A stretch of DNA of 64,000 nucleotides from the NCBI GenBank assembly GCA_000708835.1, contig DF237127.1:62001-126000 (forward strand), written 5' to 3'. The DNA is from Klebsormidium nitens (taxonomy: Eukaryota; Plantae; Klebsormidiophyceae). The notes under the pieces are model-generated. The model was not told where the DNA came from and made no database searches. It worked only from the letters and a program-made list of their open reading frames with translations. Below, piece after piece: positions 50,505 through 62,200 of this stretch (the stretch's first letter is position 1; each line of letters starts with the position of its first letter). The position numbers and the translations under genes were made by a program.

Positions 50505-52090
50505 TTAGCTGTTGGGCTTGGCCCCACCGAGGTACTTGTACACCCCGTATAAACTTGAACCCAACAAGAAAACGCCGATTGTAGGAGAGAAGCTAGGGTA
50601 TACATACTTGAGAACAAGGTCGTCTATATCCTCAGGGAAGAAGCCTGTCAACAGAAAGAACGGGAACATGTCAGAAAAGGTCTCACAATCTGCTGCTGGA
50701 AGGTTTGCAAAAGGTTTTTCGGACTAGCTGCCAAAGGATACATGGTACGTGAAAATTAGAATTTCAAAGCACTCCGGTATGCCACAGACCATGATAAAAC
50801 TATGGCGAACTTCTTTGTGAGTCCTTGATCGCTCAGCATGATTCAAACTTTCGGGTACCAGATCAGTGCTATAAGGTCGTTCAAGAGCCTGCGCCAGCCT
50901 TTCTTGGGGCTAGTAAGAACACTCTGAGCGGTGGTTATCGAGGGCACACGACCAGCAAAGGAGCAGTGCTCCCTTTCTCAAAGGAGAGAAAAAAGCGAAA
51001 GAAGCACAGTCTACAGACAGGTTTAGAAAGGACAGTATTGGGCATTTCGGAAGCTCACCTGACGCCGCGAGGGCAATCCCCATTGCAATGATGATTCCGA
51101 AGAGGATCGCAAGGCTGACGACGTAGTACTGCTCATAAACCTGCTCTTGACTTGGCTCCGTACTCGAAGGAGCAATCACCGGTCTTTCCGGGGCGGGCCT
51201 CCGGACAGTGGTCGCTTTCCCTCCTAGTTAAGGAGATGGATAAGGCAATTAATAAAGATTGTTTTTGCGTAACATTCCTGCTTTTCCTTCGCCTCTGGCT
51301 GTTTGTTGCACCTTGTGAGTACAAGTATTCTGTATGAGGCTCCCCAAGTTCCAGACTGAATGTGAAATGCTTAGTCAAGGACACGCTGAAAGTGTGATTT
51401 GCAACGGCCAGTTCCCCCCCCTCCTTATTTGTTGCCACTATGTCTTTTTGGCCGACTACTCCATGCTCCTTGGTTTGCGCTTCACTCCGCTTTGGGGGTG
51501 AACTTGTGCTAAGAGTGGGCTTGACATTACGACGCGTCGTTCTGATTGTTGGCATCCTTCTCATGTCAGTTGGGGCATGGTAGTAACAGCAACAAGTTTT
51601 CTCTCAACAAGGCCTTGCTCAGGGCCCCTTAACTAGGTTTGGTTTATGGCGATTTCTTCTCACATGATGAGCAGGAAAAGCAGCGTCCTCCTTCTTGACA
51701 AGGAGAAGAGGCACGTTGCTCACCTTTCTTTCCGCTTCCTTTGCTCCCAAAGCCAAGCTGCTCAAGCTGCTCCAGTTGCGAGCTGCCCTTGGTCGGCTTC
51801 TCCCCAACCTCGTTGTCCACTTCTGCCATGCACTTCACAACTCGTCTCTGGCCCTTGCCGCCTCGTCTTTCAAGGTATGCGGGCCTTTCTCTTAACGCCT
51901 TCGTACCCCCTGAAAGGCCTCTGTGTTTTTGCAACTCACACCAATGCAACATAACTCTCCCATAACCTCCTTTCTGCAAGCTTCCTACACAATGCTGCTC
52001 AGACCTCTGCTTGCCAACTTCTCCAATTTCAGCACGCTGCAGACCAGGATGGAACAAGCCCAAACGCGCAACAACCTGAGATGCCGCCAT
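50505..52090 (-). CDS. LPA2: LOW PSII ACCUMULATION 2-like thylakoid protein
   Basis: Exons 52090-51724, 51223-51059 and 50644-50505 give a transit-peptide-like N-terminus, GFGSKG, TTVRRPAPERPVI, then LFGIIIAMGIALAASGFFPEDIDDLVLKYVYPSFSPTIGVFLLGSSLYGVYKYL, matching the recalled LPA2 C-terminal membrane motif. Confidence 0.87.
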
Positions 52091-52239
52091 GGTTTTAAAT
52101 GGTCGGTTCTAATCAAATGATTACACCACCACACCCTTCTTCACACTTTCAAGTATGGAGATGTGGAAGAAGCGCTTTCTGTGAATGCTAGTTCCGTTGC
52201 ACAGCCTGCTCAATTGACTGACCCGTTGCGGCTGGACTT

Positions 52240-52562
52240 CAGCAGTTTCGGGGCAGGCTTCCCGGTTGCGTTGGATAGATAGGGTGTATTTAGGGTCTAA
52301 ATCTAGTCTGTGTATAGGCTATTTAGTCTAAGTTTTAGCTTTTGCTTTGACGTCATTTAAAACCAAGGTGAACACCGAGCCGTAGATTCGCTGCTCAGGG
52401 CCCATCTGACGCGCCGATTTTTGCCACGTATCAATATTGGTCTCATCTATGACGTCAATTGGTCTGGTAATGCAACTAAACTTAGTCTAAATTTAGCGTA
52501 AGTTTAGACTAAATACACCCTATCTATCGAACACAACCGGGAAGCCTGCCCCGAAACTGCTG
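52240..52562. mobile_element. 323-bp foldback/MITE with about 60-bp TIRs
   Basis: cagcagtttcggggcaggcttcccggttgcgttggatagatagggtgtatttag at 52240 is mirrored with few mismatches at about 52505-52562. The interior has tttagtcta-type repeats. No convincing TSD (only TT/TT). Confidence 0.82.
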
Positions 52563-53268
52563 TTCCGAATGCTGATTCAAATTCAATGCCGAATGGCGCC
52601 CTGAAATTGCTAAAATGCTTGCCTTCTTGAGGCTGGATTCCAATTTCAGACTGGACCAGGAATCGATCCGCCACGGAAGACCGGAACACGCCTCTAATCC
52701 ACCTTCTCGATCTGAACGGAATGATTGTGACCGGAATCTGGACGGGAGGCGGATCATGCATGGAACTGCTGGCACTGCATTGCCATGAAAGTTTTGAGGT
52801 TTTGTGAGAAAATGGTGAGAAAGTGGTGCATAAAGGTTGAATCCTGGAAGGGGAAAAGGCGCCTTGCTTCGAGACAAGCGGTTAGAAAGGCTGTGTAACT
52901 TTGAAAGCCTTCTTCAATGCCATTTTTGTCCCTCCTAGATGGGAGAGCGGATGTTTTAGCTGGAAGACCCTTTTGTCTGGATTCTATGAGATTCTTGAAG
53001 CAAGAGGAGCTCAGCAATGTGCCCGTTGTGCAAACACCCCTGTCAACCTTCCAAGCCAAGTCCTTACGTCTTCTCTGCCTTGCTTACACTGAACAGGTAT
53101 AGCAGCTGTTGTAAAACTGTTAGAACTTGGATTCAATCCAAGCCAGCAAGCAAATCTGATTGCCCCAGCAAAGGTAGGCTGCGCTTACTTGGAGCTGACT
53201 CAGATAGGTACATTCAAGGCACTCCATGACATCAGCGCGCCTCAGCTGAAACCCCGCCCGGCGCAATC

Positions 53269-56200
53269 ATGGCGGTCGGAGGCGCTGGGGCAACTAGAGA
53301 GGAGTGGCGGAAGCGTGCGGTGACGCACCTGAGTGTTCCTGACAGCTTCCCTGCGGGAGAGGAGCTCTTTGTTCCGCAGCCCTTTGAGAAGGGCGCTGTC
53401 ATTGAGACGCGATCCTTTCAGACGGGGTTCCGGGGGGCTTGGTTCCTCAGTGAGGTGAGGGGGGGGCTGGGAGGTCGAAGGGTATGTTTGAAGGTCGGAA
53501 CAGGGTCAAGTCCTTAGTTTGTTCTAGTTCCCTAGTTCTAGTTCTCAGAGCATATTACCGTGAATGTGGGTACGTCTTTGATGCGCAGTGAACTTGTATT
53601 GTGAATGCGGCAAGTTCCCTGCATCTGATTTGTAAGTTGTCTGGTTGGGGATCTGGTTGTCGTTCCGGTCGGAGTATTGACTGGCTTCTACTCTTCAATT
53701 TCTGACTTTAAGAATTTGGTGTGACAAATACTCGCAAGATTGAGCTCTTGAGTGGCCACATTTGTGAATAATAAGGTATACAAGCGTCTGGTGTTCATAT
53801 GGCAATTTGCAATTTGCCAAGAGGTAAATCACAGATTCTTCTGAGATTTGGAGCGTGCCTGTTGGATGAAGTAACTACAACAATGTTACTTACAACCATA
53901 CACTTTTGGATCGTGCTCAAAGGATGGCTAGAAGGGGCACAAGTGCGAGTCAATCTGCCCAACATTCAACACTTCATTTGATTGATAGCGCCAGTAGCAA
54001 TCGCCGTTAATCACCAATAATCCATTAATACGTTAATCCGTTAATTCTTGATCGTCTGTGGCTGCATGGATCATGGCCTGCTATTGTGGAAGACTAGGTC
54101 TAAATGAAGCTGAAAGCCACAGGTATGAAGGAAGACCTTTTGCTGTGCGAGTGTGGAGAAGCAGACACTTGTGCCTTGACGTCGGCGACAAAACATTTCA
54201 ACACATTCAGGGACATATCTAGGTAACTCCCATATCAAACTAGTCATTCCTCTTAGATTCGGATTTTCAATTACTGACACTCAACGCCCAAACCCATCAA
54301 TTTACGCGCTCCATGGTGAACCCTCCATTACCCCCAAACAACCCCCACTCATCTCTCGGGCGCCTTGTTTAGAAAGTTTCCACGTGATAGAACTAGAGTT
54401 ACCGGGTATCAAAGGTCCTACATTTGGCCTGCAGGTCGTCGCCTTCCACACCGACCGAAGTATGCCGACACAGCAGGTCACAATCAGGAATTTGTCCTAC
54501 CCAGACGATAGTAAGTTCTTCCTTCATCCTCATTCCCTCATGCTTCCCTTCTTTATTTTACGTTTCTTCATCTCTGTATTTGTGCCTCTTCTCTAGCAGG
54601 GAGGCGGTGCCTTCGTATCAAATGCACGTTTATTTATGCCAGTGCTAGAGAGGCGGTGCTGTCGTATCCAAATGCACGTTTGTTCATTTTAAGCATTCAA
54701 ATCAAGCCCGTCTAAGATAGTGCATTGGCAACCACTGAGTCGACACATGTGCTGCATTGCAGAGCCGTCCAAAATGTGCCTGTACCAAGTCGACCCGAAC
54801 GACAGAGGCTCGCGCTACCTCATGGTGCGACCAATTCCACCCCGGAACATCCCTTTTGGCGAGGACGCACCGAATCCGGGGCAGACAGATCAGCCCGTCT
54901 TCAAGCACGAGCGCCAGTAAGCTGGATGGCTGTACTTCGCAGAAAAGGCACCACCATTAAGAAGGACACAGGAGGGCTCGGGTTCAGGAAAGGTGATGCA
55001 GAAAGGCGAAAGGGTGCAGAATCTCGCGGGTTTGAATGGCGGCTTGCTTTATTCATCGAAGTAGAGTTGCCGTACTGTGTTACCCCACGAGTAGTACTGA
55101 CGAAATAATCTCTCCAGGCATGATGGTCGAAAAAGCCTCGATATTACGTGGTGGCTTGCCTGTTCGGTAGACCCGTACTACTCGTACTGCTCGTCGGTTA
55201 GGCATAAATGAGTGAAGACGGAAGGTGCTTCCATTGACAAGCCGGCAATACTTGAAGTACTTTGTGGTGTATTTCCACACCGTTTTCAAGCACCAGTATG
55301 TGCCCAATGAAAAGACCCGGAACAACGAACAGGACGGTCCGATGCTTTAGCCTCGGCGCGCAGCAGAACCAACCTCGTGCGACATGTTGCGTCCGATTGC
55401 CTAATATCCAAGTTCCGGCGAGGTCGTCCGGTTCCTTATCAAGACAACGGATCTCCAGAAGTGAGATCTTCCGAAACTTAGGCGATGAATGATGCTACCG
55501 TCCGACTTCGTCCAGGTATGCCAAGGGTGATAAGGTCGACGCTTATGTCTTGGAGTGCTGGTGGAGCGGCACCGTCCGGGCGATCAGCGGAAAGCGCGCA
55601 CGGGTAAGCCAGCCTTTTCTTGAACTGAGCCCAGTTTTGGCACAGGGATAATCATTAGTCACAACATGTAGTTTCAACTCGAGGCCTTCGTCAGAAATAG
55701 GTTCTCGTTCATCCGACCAACTAGTGGCACCTGCAAAACAGGACTTTGTTTCACATTTGGAATCTGGTTGACCATGTGCTAGGTTAGGAGGTCGACATCC
55801 TGTCTGAAGAAGCGTTGTTGTACTACGGCGTTCCCATATCAAAACCGCTCGAGAGCGGTAATATCAGCGACAGCCCCCTTGTGGTTCGTTCCCCGGCTCA
55901 GCTTCTTTATCTTCTGACCGCTTGAGACTGAAAAGGTGCAAAAACAGCGAGAACACAAATCGACCCTTTCTAGCTCTCTGTTATCACTTCCCTCAATGCG
56001 TTATTTTGCAGGTTGAGTGGCGCCCCGAGCCGTTCGGAGAGGGGGGCACGGGCTGGGTCCCCTTCAGAAACCTGCGNNNNNNNNNNNNNNNNNNNNNNNN
56101 NNNNNNNNNNNNNNNNNNNNNNNNNNNNNNNNNNNNNNNNNNNNNNNNNNNNNNNNNNNNNNNNNNNNNNNNNNNNNNNNNNNNNNNNNNNNNNNNNNNN

Positions 56201-59200
56201 NNNNNNNNNNNNNNNNNNNNNNNNNNNNNNNNNNNNNNNNNNNNNNNNNNNNNNNNNNNNNNNNNNNNNNNNNNNNNNNNNNNNNNNNNNNNNNNNNNNN
56301 NNNNNNNNNNNNNNNNNNNNNNNNNNNNNNNNNNNNNNNNNNNNNNNNNNNNNNNNNNNNNNNNNNNNNNNNNNNNNNNNNNNNNNNNNNGGGGCACGGG
56401 CTGGGTCCCCTTCAGAAACCTGCGGCCGACCCTTCGCTGGGCGGGAAAACGGTGGCACATGCTCAAGAATCTGACTGGCCCGCTTGGCAAGATCGTCGTT
56501 CCAGTCGGGGGGTCAGGGTCGCCTGCAATCGAGGCCCCCGGCGCCGTAGGGGGCTCAGAATCGAAAACAACAGGGACCCCCAGGAAGCGCGGCGGCTCCG
56601 CAGGGGGGTCGAACAAGGAGACGGAAGAGGCCCCCAACGGATTAGTAGGGGGTTTGGGATCAGCGGCGAAAGAGACCCCCCGCAAGCGCCCCGGCTCAGC
56701 AGGGGGTACAAAAGCGGAGGCAAAAGCAACCCCCCGAAAGCGAGCCGGCTCAGCAGGGGGTTCGAAACCAGAGGCGAAAGGAACCCCCGGGAAGAGGCCT
56801 TGCGGACCAGCAACAGAAGCCGGGCCTGAAAGGGTTGCGAAAGCGGGCAAGCCTGCGGCGGACGCCTCGGCAGCCAGAACAAAACCCACTCCTAAGCCGG
56901 GCATGTCCGAGAAAGGCGCTGAGACACTGACAGAACGGAGCCCCCCGAGAGTGCGGCCGCCTCCCAAGGTCCGAACCCCTCCAGAAGTGAAGAAACCCCC
57001 GGAAAAGCAGGAATCTCCAAAAGTGCGGATACTTCATGAGGTGCAGGACTCCTCTAAACCGCGGCTGCAACCGGAGACGCTGTCCCTGCCCAAAGTGCAC
57101 ATCCCTGAGAAAGTGCAAACCCCCGAAGAAGCGCGAACGCCTCCAAAGGTGCAGAACTCTCCGAGACCGCGCCACCTCTACAAAGTGGGAGAAAGGCCTC
57201 CAGAAGACGCGGGCCCCCCTGAGGGGGGGCAAACTGAGGAGCGGCCAAGGGGAGTGCCCGGGAGAAAGTGCTTCGACTGCGGGACAGAGAAGACCACTGC
57301 GTGGCGACGGGGCCCCTTGGGCGATAACACGCTGTGCCAGACGTGCGGGGTGCGTTACTGGCTGATGAAACTGAGGGAGAAAAGGTTGGGGAGGTCGGAG
57401 ACGTTTGAACGGGAGCGGATCGAGGCGGTGCAGAATCCGGGGCCTGAGGGGGCGACAGGTGGCAGCGGGCTAGGGATGACAGGTGGCGGCGCCCCAGAGG
57501 TGACAGCTGACGGCGGGCCAGAGAAGAGCTGTATGCAGTGTGGGAAGTGGAGGAGAACCAAATTGAGTCAATGGCGGACGGGGCCGCCAGGGAAAGAGAC
57601 GCTGTGCAACGAGTGCGGGCTGCAATTTCGCAGGCTGGGCCCCGATTGGGTGCCAGGTGGCGCCCTTCTATTGGCCGAAAGCACCGCGCCAGTACAAGCT
57701 GGTGCGGGCAGGTACTTAGCCAAGCGGGGAGAGCCGACGAAGGGGTTACGCAGCACGAGTGCGGGGCCGATCGGACAAAAGGGGGGTACAAAAACAGGCG
57801 TTGAGGAGGGGTGGTGGAGAAAACCCGGGTTGGGCAGTGGCAGCTTCTTTGACAAAAAAATAGACCGGTCGGCGCTGGAAGGAAAGGGCACGGAGAAGCT
57901 GACGAGTTCGGCAAATGGGGATCCATTCCGCCTCCAAAGGCCGCCAGCCTCTTTTGCGGGCCCCCCTGGAAAGCCGAGGCAAGGCCCCCCCGCGGAGAAG
58001 AAGCGGGCGGCACGAGACTTGGAGTCGTCGAGTTTGTCGGAGTCTTCGAAGCGGATGCGGATCCAGGGCAACTCGGTGAGGAGTGCTAGTGCGAGGATCA
58101 TCGGACAGGCCCTCAGAAACGTCCGGATACGGCCAGACGCTTCCGGCGCGTCCGAGAAAGCTGTGTCCGGAAATGCCGCGTCCGAAAAGGCTGTGTCCGT
58201 AAATGCCGCGTCCGAAAGCAAGGAGAGGAACGTCGAGAGAGAACGAACGGCGGCCGGAGATGAGGGGGCGCAAGCGAAAGGAATTTGGACGCAGCCCGAC
58301 GCTTCTGCTGCGGCCGAGTGCGACGTGTCCGAAAGCATGGCGCCTGAGAAGAACGTTGAGACGGAGAGCGAAGGGGCCGAACAGAAAGAGGCGAAAGCAG
58401 AGCGAGAGAGGAAACAGCGGGCAGAGGCGCGGAGAAAGAAACGGGAAAGGGTCTGGCGGCTGAAAGCACAGCTGGCGTGTTCGATTGGCGAACCGAAGGG
58501 GCAAAAGGTTGCGAGGCTGAAAGCACAGCTGGCATGCTCAGTAGGCGAGCCTATCGGGAAGAGAAAAAGGCTTACGCGGCAAGAGGCGAGGAGAGAGGAT
58601 GGCGAGGTGGGGGTGAAAAGCGGGGCGGCGAAAGGGGGGCCGACGAGCGGAAAGCGAATCGATGTAGAAAAGGGAGGGCTTACGAGAAATCGGGGTGCTT
58701 CAGATACGGGGGGTGTAGATAGAGGGCTTAGCAGCGCCGCTAAGAAACTAGCGGTGTACGAAAAGCTGAAGCGAGTGGTGGGGGGTTCGGACAAGGTGAC
58801 GCGTCCGAAAGGACGTCCGAAGAGAGGGCGTCCGAAGAAGGGCGCGGCGCAGGAATCACCGAGGCGGAATCCGAAGAGGGGGAGAAAGAGCGACGAGGAA
58901 GAGAGCAGCGAAGAAAGCGACCCGTTACGGGGTGGAATTAATGAAGGAAAAGAAAGTGCGGGCGTAAGGGAGAAGGAAAAACAGGGAGTGTCAAAGCCAC
59001 CGAAGCAGAAAGGGCCGGGACGGCCGGTGTTTTGGGGGGTCAATTTGGACGAGTTGATCGTTGAAGAGGAGTTTGAGCTGCCGGAGAAGGTCCGGGCGCG
59101 GGCGGAGAGGGAACGCAGGGAGGTTAGGCGACGGTTAAGCGAGGTTAGCGGTGCAGGTGGCGAGGCGGGGAGCAGCGGGAGGGATCCCTCGGGAATAGAA

Positions 59201-62200
59201 GAGGTGCTTATTCACAGTGTGAAAGTGCCGGGGAAGACAAGCCGTGGGGAGAGTGTTGTCGAGAGCAAGAAAGCTGGAGCGAGGAGCGATGCGGCGGGGC
59301 TCGAGACGGGAAGAGCGCGGTGTTTTGCGGGAGTTTTAACGGAGATAGGCGCGGGGGAAACTCCGCTCCTCGGGCAGGAAGGAGCGGACGATTCGGGGGG
59401 TAGTCGGGCCAGTGAAACGATTCCCCTAGGAAGCGCGCACAAAGTGGCAAGCAGCGGGGGGGGTGCTGGGACCAGCGGTCGGACCCCCCCGGAAATCGAA
59501 CAGCCACCACGGCCGGATGAGTTCGATCTAACGGAAGAGCTCGTCTCCTGTCTAGACAAGTCCGAGGCCTTGTCCGCAGCGGAAGAGCTTCTTAGTAGGT
59601 GGGAAGAGGTGTCGCTGGACGAGGTACGGGGCCTCTTCTTGATGGTCAATCTTTGGAGTCCGGACGAGGAGTCGCTGAAAGATCCCGTGGGGTGGTATCG
59701 GGACAAGATCGAGGCGCTCGCGTTCCGGGAACAACGGTTTGTGGAGGTTGGGAGTGGGGGGAATGCGGGGGTGTTTAGAAAGTGGGCGGTGAAAGATGAC
59801 GACAGAGATGCAACAACGGAGGGAGAAAGGAGGCTTGGATTTTCGGAAAGACTGGAAGCGGTGAGTGCGGGGTCACCATCACTAAAAGATTTCTTCACGT
59901 CTTAGCACGTAAACCCTCGGTTGATAGCAGACTTTACACCCTCGTCGAAGCGCGCCAGCCACAGAGGGGAAAATGCTCGGTTCGCCTTCGCTTGTCCGCT
60001 TTGGAATTGCCATGCGGCTACATCGTTTTGGGTATTGGATCCCCGAAGGTGACTCCTTCTCTGACCAGCAAAGCCCATCCATTCAATTTCTCGATAATCT
60101 CGTCGGTTGCTTGACAGCAGGAAGGATAAGAGGAATGGGAAGGAAAAGGCGCATGTGCAGGACGTTTTCTAATAGGACCTGTGCTCAGCTTGTGTTGAGG
60201 CATCTCAATCTCAACTTCTCAAGAGCTCTTCACACCTGTATCCTCCCTCAGGCGAAGGACGGGCCACTGGGCACTGCTCCTCTCGAAGCTGGCGTCAACT
60301 ATGCCGACGTCAGCACCGCCGCTCCTCAGGCGCGAAGCCGTGAGCCTCTCGGGACGTTCCCCGTCAGTGGAACATTCGATGCGGAAGCTGCCAACGTCCC
60401 CGCTCCGACGTCAGCCAGTCTGGCAAATCCAACGTCGAAGACGGCTGAGATTTCGAGCGTTCCGGGCTCTAGAGGCGAAGCAGTGCGAAGGGACTTACTT
60501 TCTTCGGACGTCCTGCCTGGGCCTGGGGCGTCCGTTGCTCGGACGCTGTCCGAAGGTATGGCGGACGACCGTGGTGGGGGGCTGGAGTCGAGCGACGGGG
60601 TGAATCCGAAGAAGGGCCTCAATAAGGACGACGAACGAGAACCAATCGGCGGGCCTGTCCCAGACAACGGGCTACGAGGGAACGATACGATCTCGAGTAA
60701 GGAACTGAGTCCGAACGGAAGGCTAGACCTGACTGGGGGGTTACATTTGGGCCAGGGCCTGGCTGCGGGCGGAACGCTGGACTCGGAGTGGGGGGTTGTT
60801 TTGGATAAGGCGATGGGTGTGGAGAAAGAGTTGAATGCGAACGGGGGGCTGGGTTCACATGGAGGGCTGCGATCGGACGGGGATCCAAATAAGGACGAGG
60901 TTCTGAGGTCGGCCAAAGGGCCAGTTTCGGACGGGGCACTGAAGGGGCCAAGTTCGGACGCGGGTTTGGACTTGAACGGGGGACCGAGGGCAGACGAGAG
61001 GGACCAGGGGCTGGAAACGGACGTTGTTCGGACGCTGGACGGGGGCCTGGATATGGACGAGGGGCTGGATTCGGACGCTGGGTTACGTGCGGACGCGGGA
61101 CCGAATCTGGGCGGGGAGCCGAATAAGGAGGAAGCGTCGAATGCAGACCGGAGGCTCTTTTCGCACGTGAAGGTGGCTGTGTCCGTGGGGCTTCATTCGG
61201 ACAGAGGCCTGCCTGCGGACGACGGCCTGACTCAGAAAGACGTCCGAAAGTCGGTCGAGGCGCTCCACTTGGGTGAGAGGAAGGATCCAAACGACGGGCA
61301 CACTGCGAACAAGGCTGCTCAGCGATCAAACGGCAGAGAGGGGATGATGCGTGTTGAGAAGAAGCGTTTGGTCGAAGACTCGGAGAGATCCGGCGGGATG
61401 GGGCTGGAGGGATCGGGGGGAGGCGTGACTGGAAACGCTTTGGAAACGCAGCAGGCAAGTCGGTGGTGACAACAGTCTGATTTGCGTTGTTAGCGCCTCC
61501 TATTTCATTGGTTCATTTCTTTTTTTGTGAGATTCCTCGAATTCTGAACCATTTGCTGGCTCTGACCACGCATGCTATGGGTTGTAATTCATGGATTCGA
61601 TAACAAATATGTTGAAAAAGTCCTTTTTGGTGGAGGGAACAGCCACACTTTTCGAAAATGTGGAGCGAAGAGCCACTAATGGGGCTGTTGCGATGCGTCT
61701 CTTCTAGACTTCTCAGATGATCGACATCGGCTCGAGTAGGCTTCTAGGCTTTTCAGGTGAACGACTTGGGGATTTATTCGAGCTGAATTTGGGGCACCGA
61801 AGGTAAAGCTCTTGCTGAATTTTTTTGCAAGCTATATCCAGGAGCAAAGACCCTGCTGCCAACCCTGGGTCTTTTCTCACAAGATAGCAATTTTGGAGAG
61901 ATAGCAATGGTTGTCAAAGAAGGGTTGCGAAGAGACTACTGTCACCTGTCAGCACCTTGTATCCATTATGGTAGGGTAAGACTTGTATTGGCGTAAAGAA
62001 GATGGGCTTACCCCCCGACCTAAGCTGCTCTCTGGAAAAAGAGAGCATTGCATATTGCATATTTGCCTTACGATTGCTTCCGTCTGTTTCCTTCTTCGAA
62101 CTCACACCAACGACCGCTCTAATGCTCTTATCGGACCGCTCTGATGCTCCCTCATTCTTCTGTTCACAGGGCCTGCGGATACCTCCCCCCCGAGGGAACC

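Noticed and set aside
57568-59043. Long minus-strand ORFs (491 aa and others) opposite the Agenet-GATA exon
   Set aside because: Antisense shadows of a GC-rich, G/A-skewed exon, giving Ser/Phe/Leu-rich translations with no domains.
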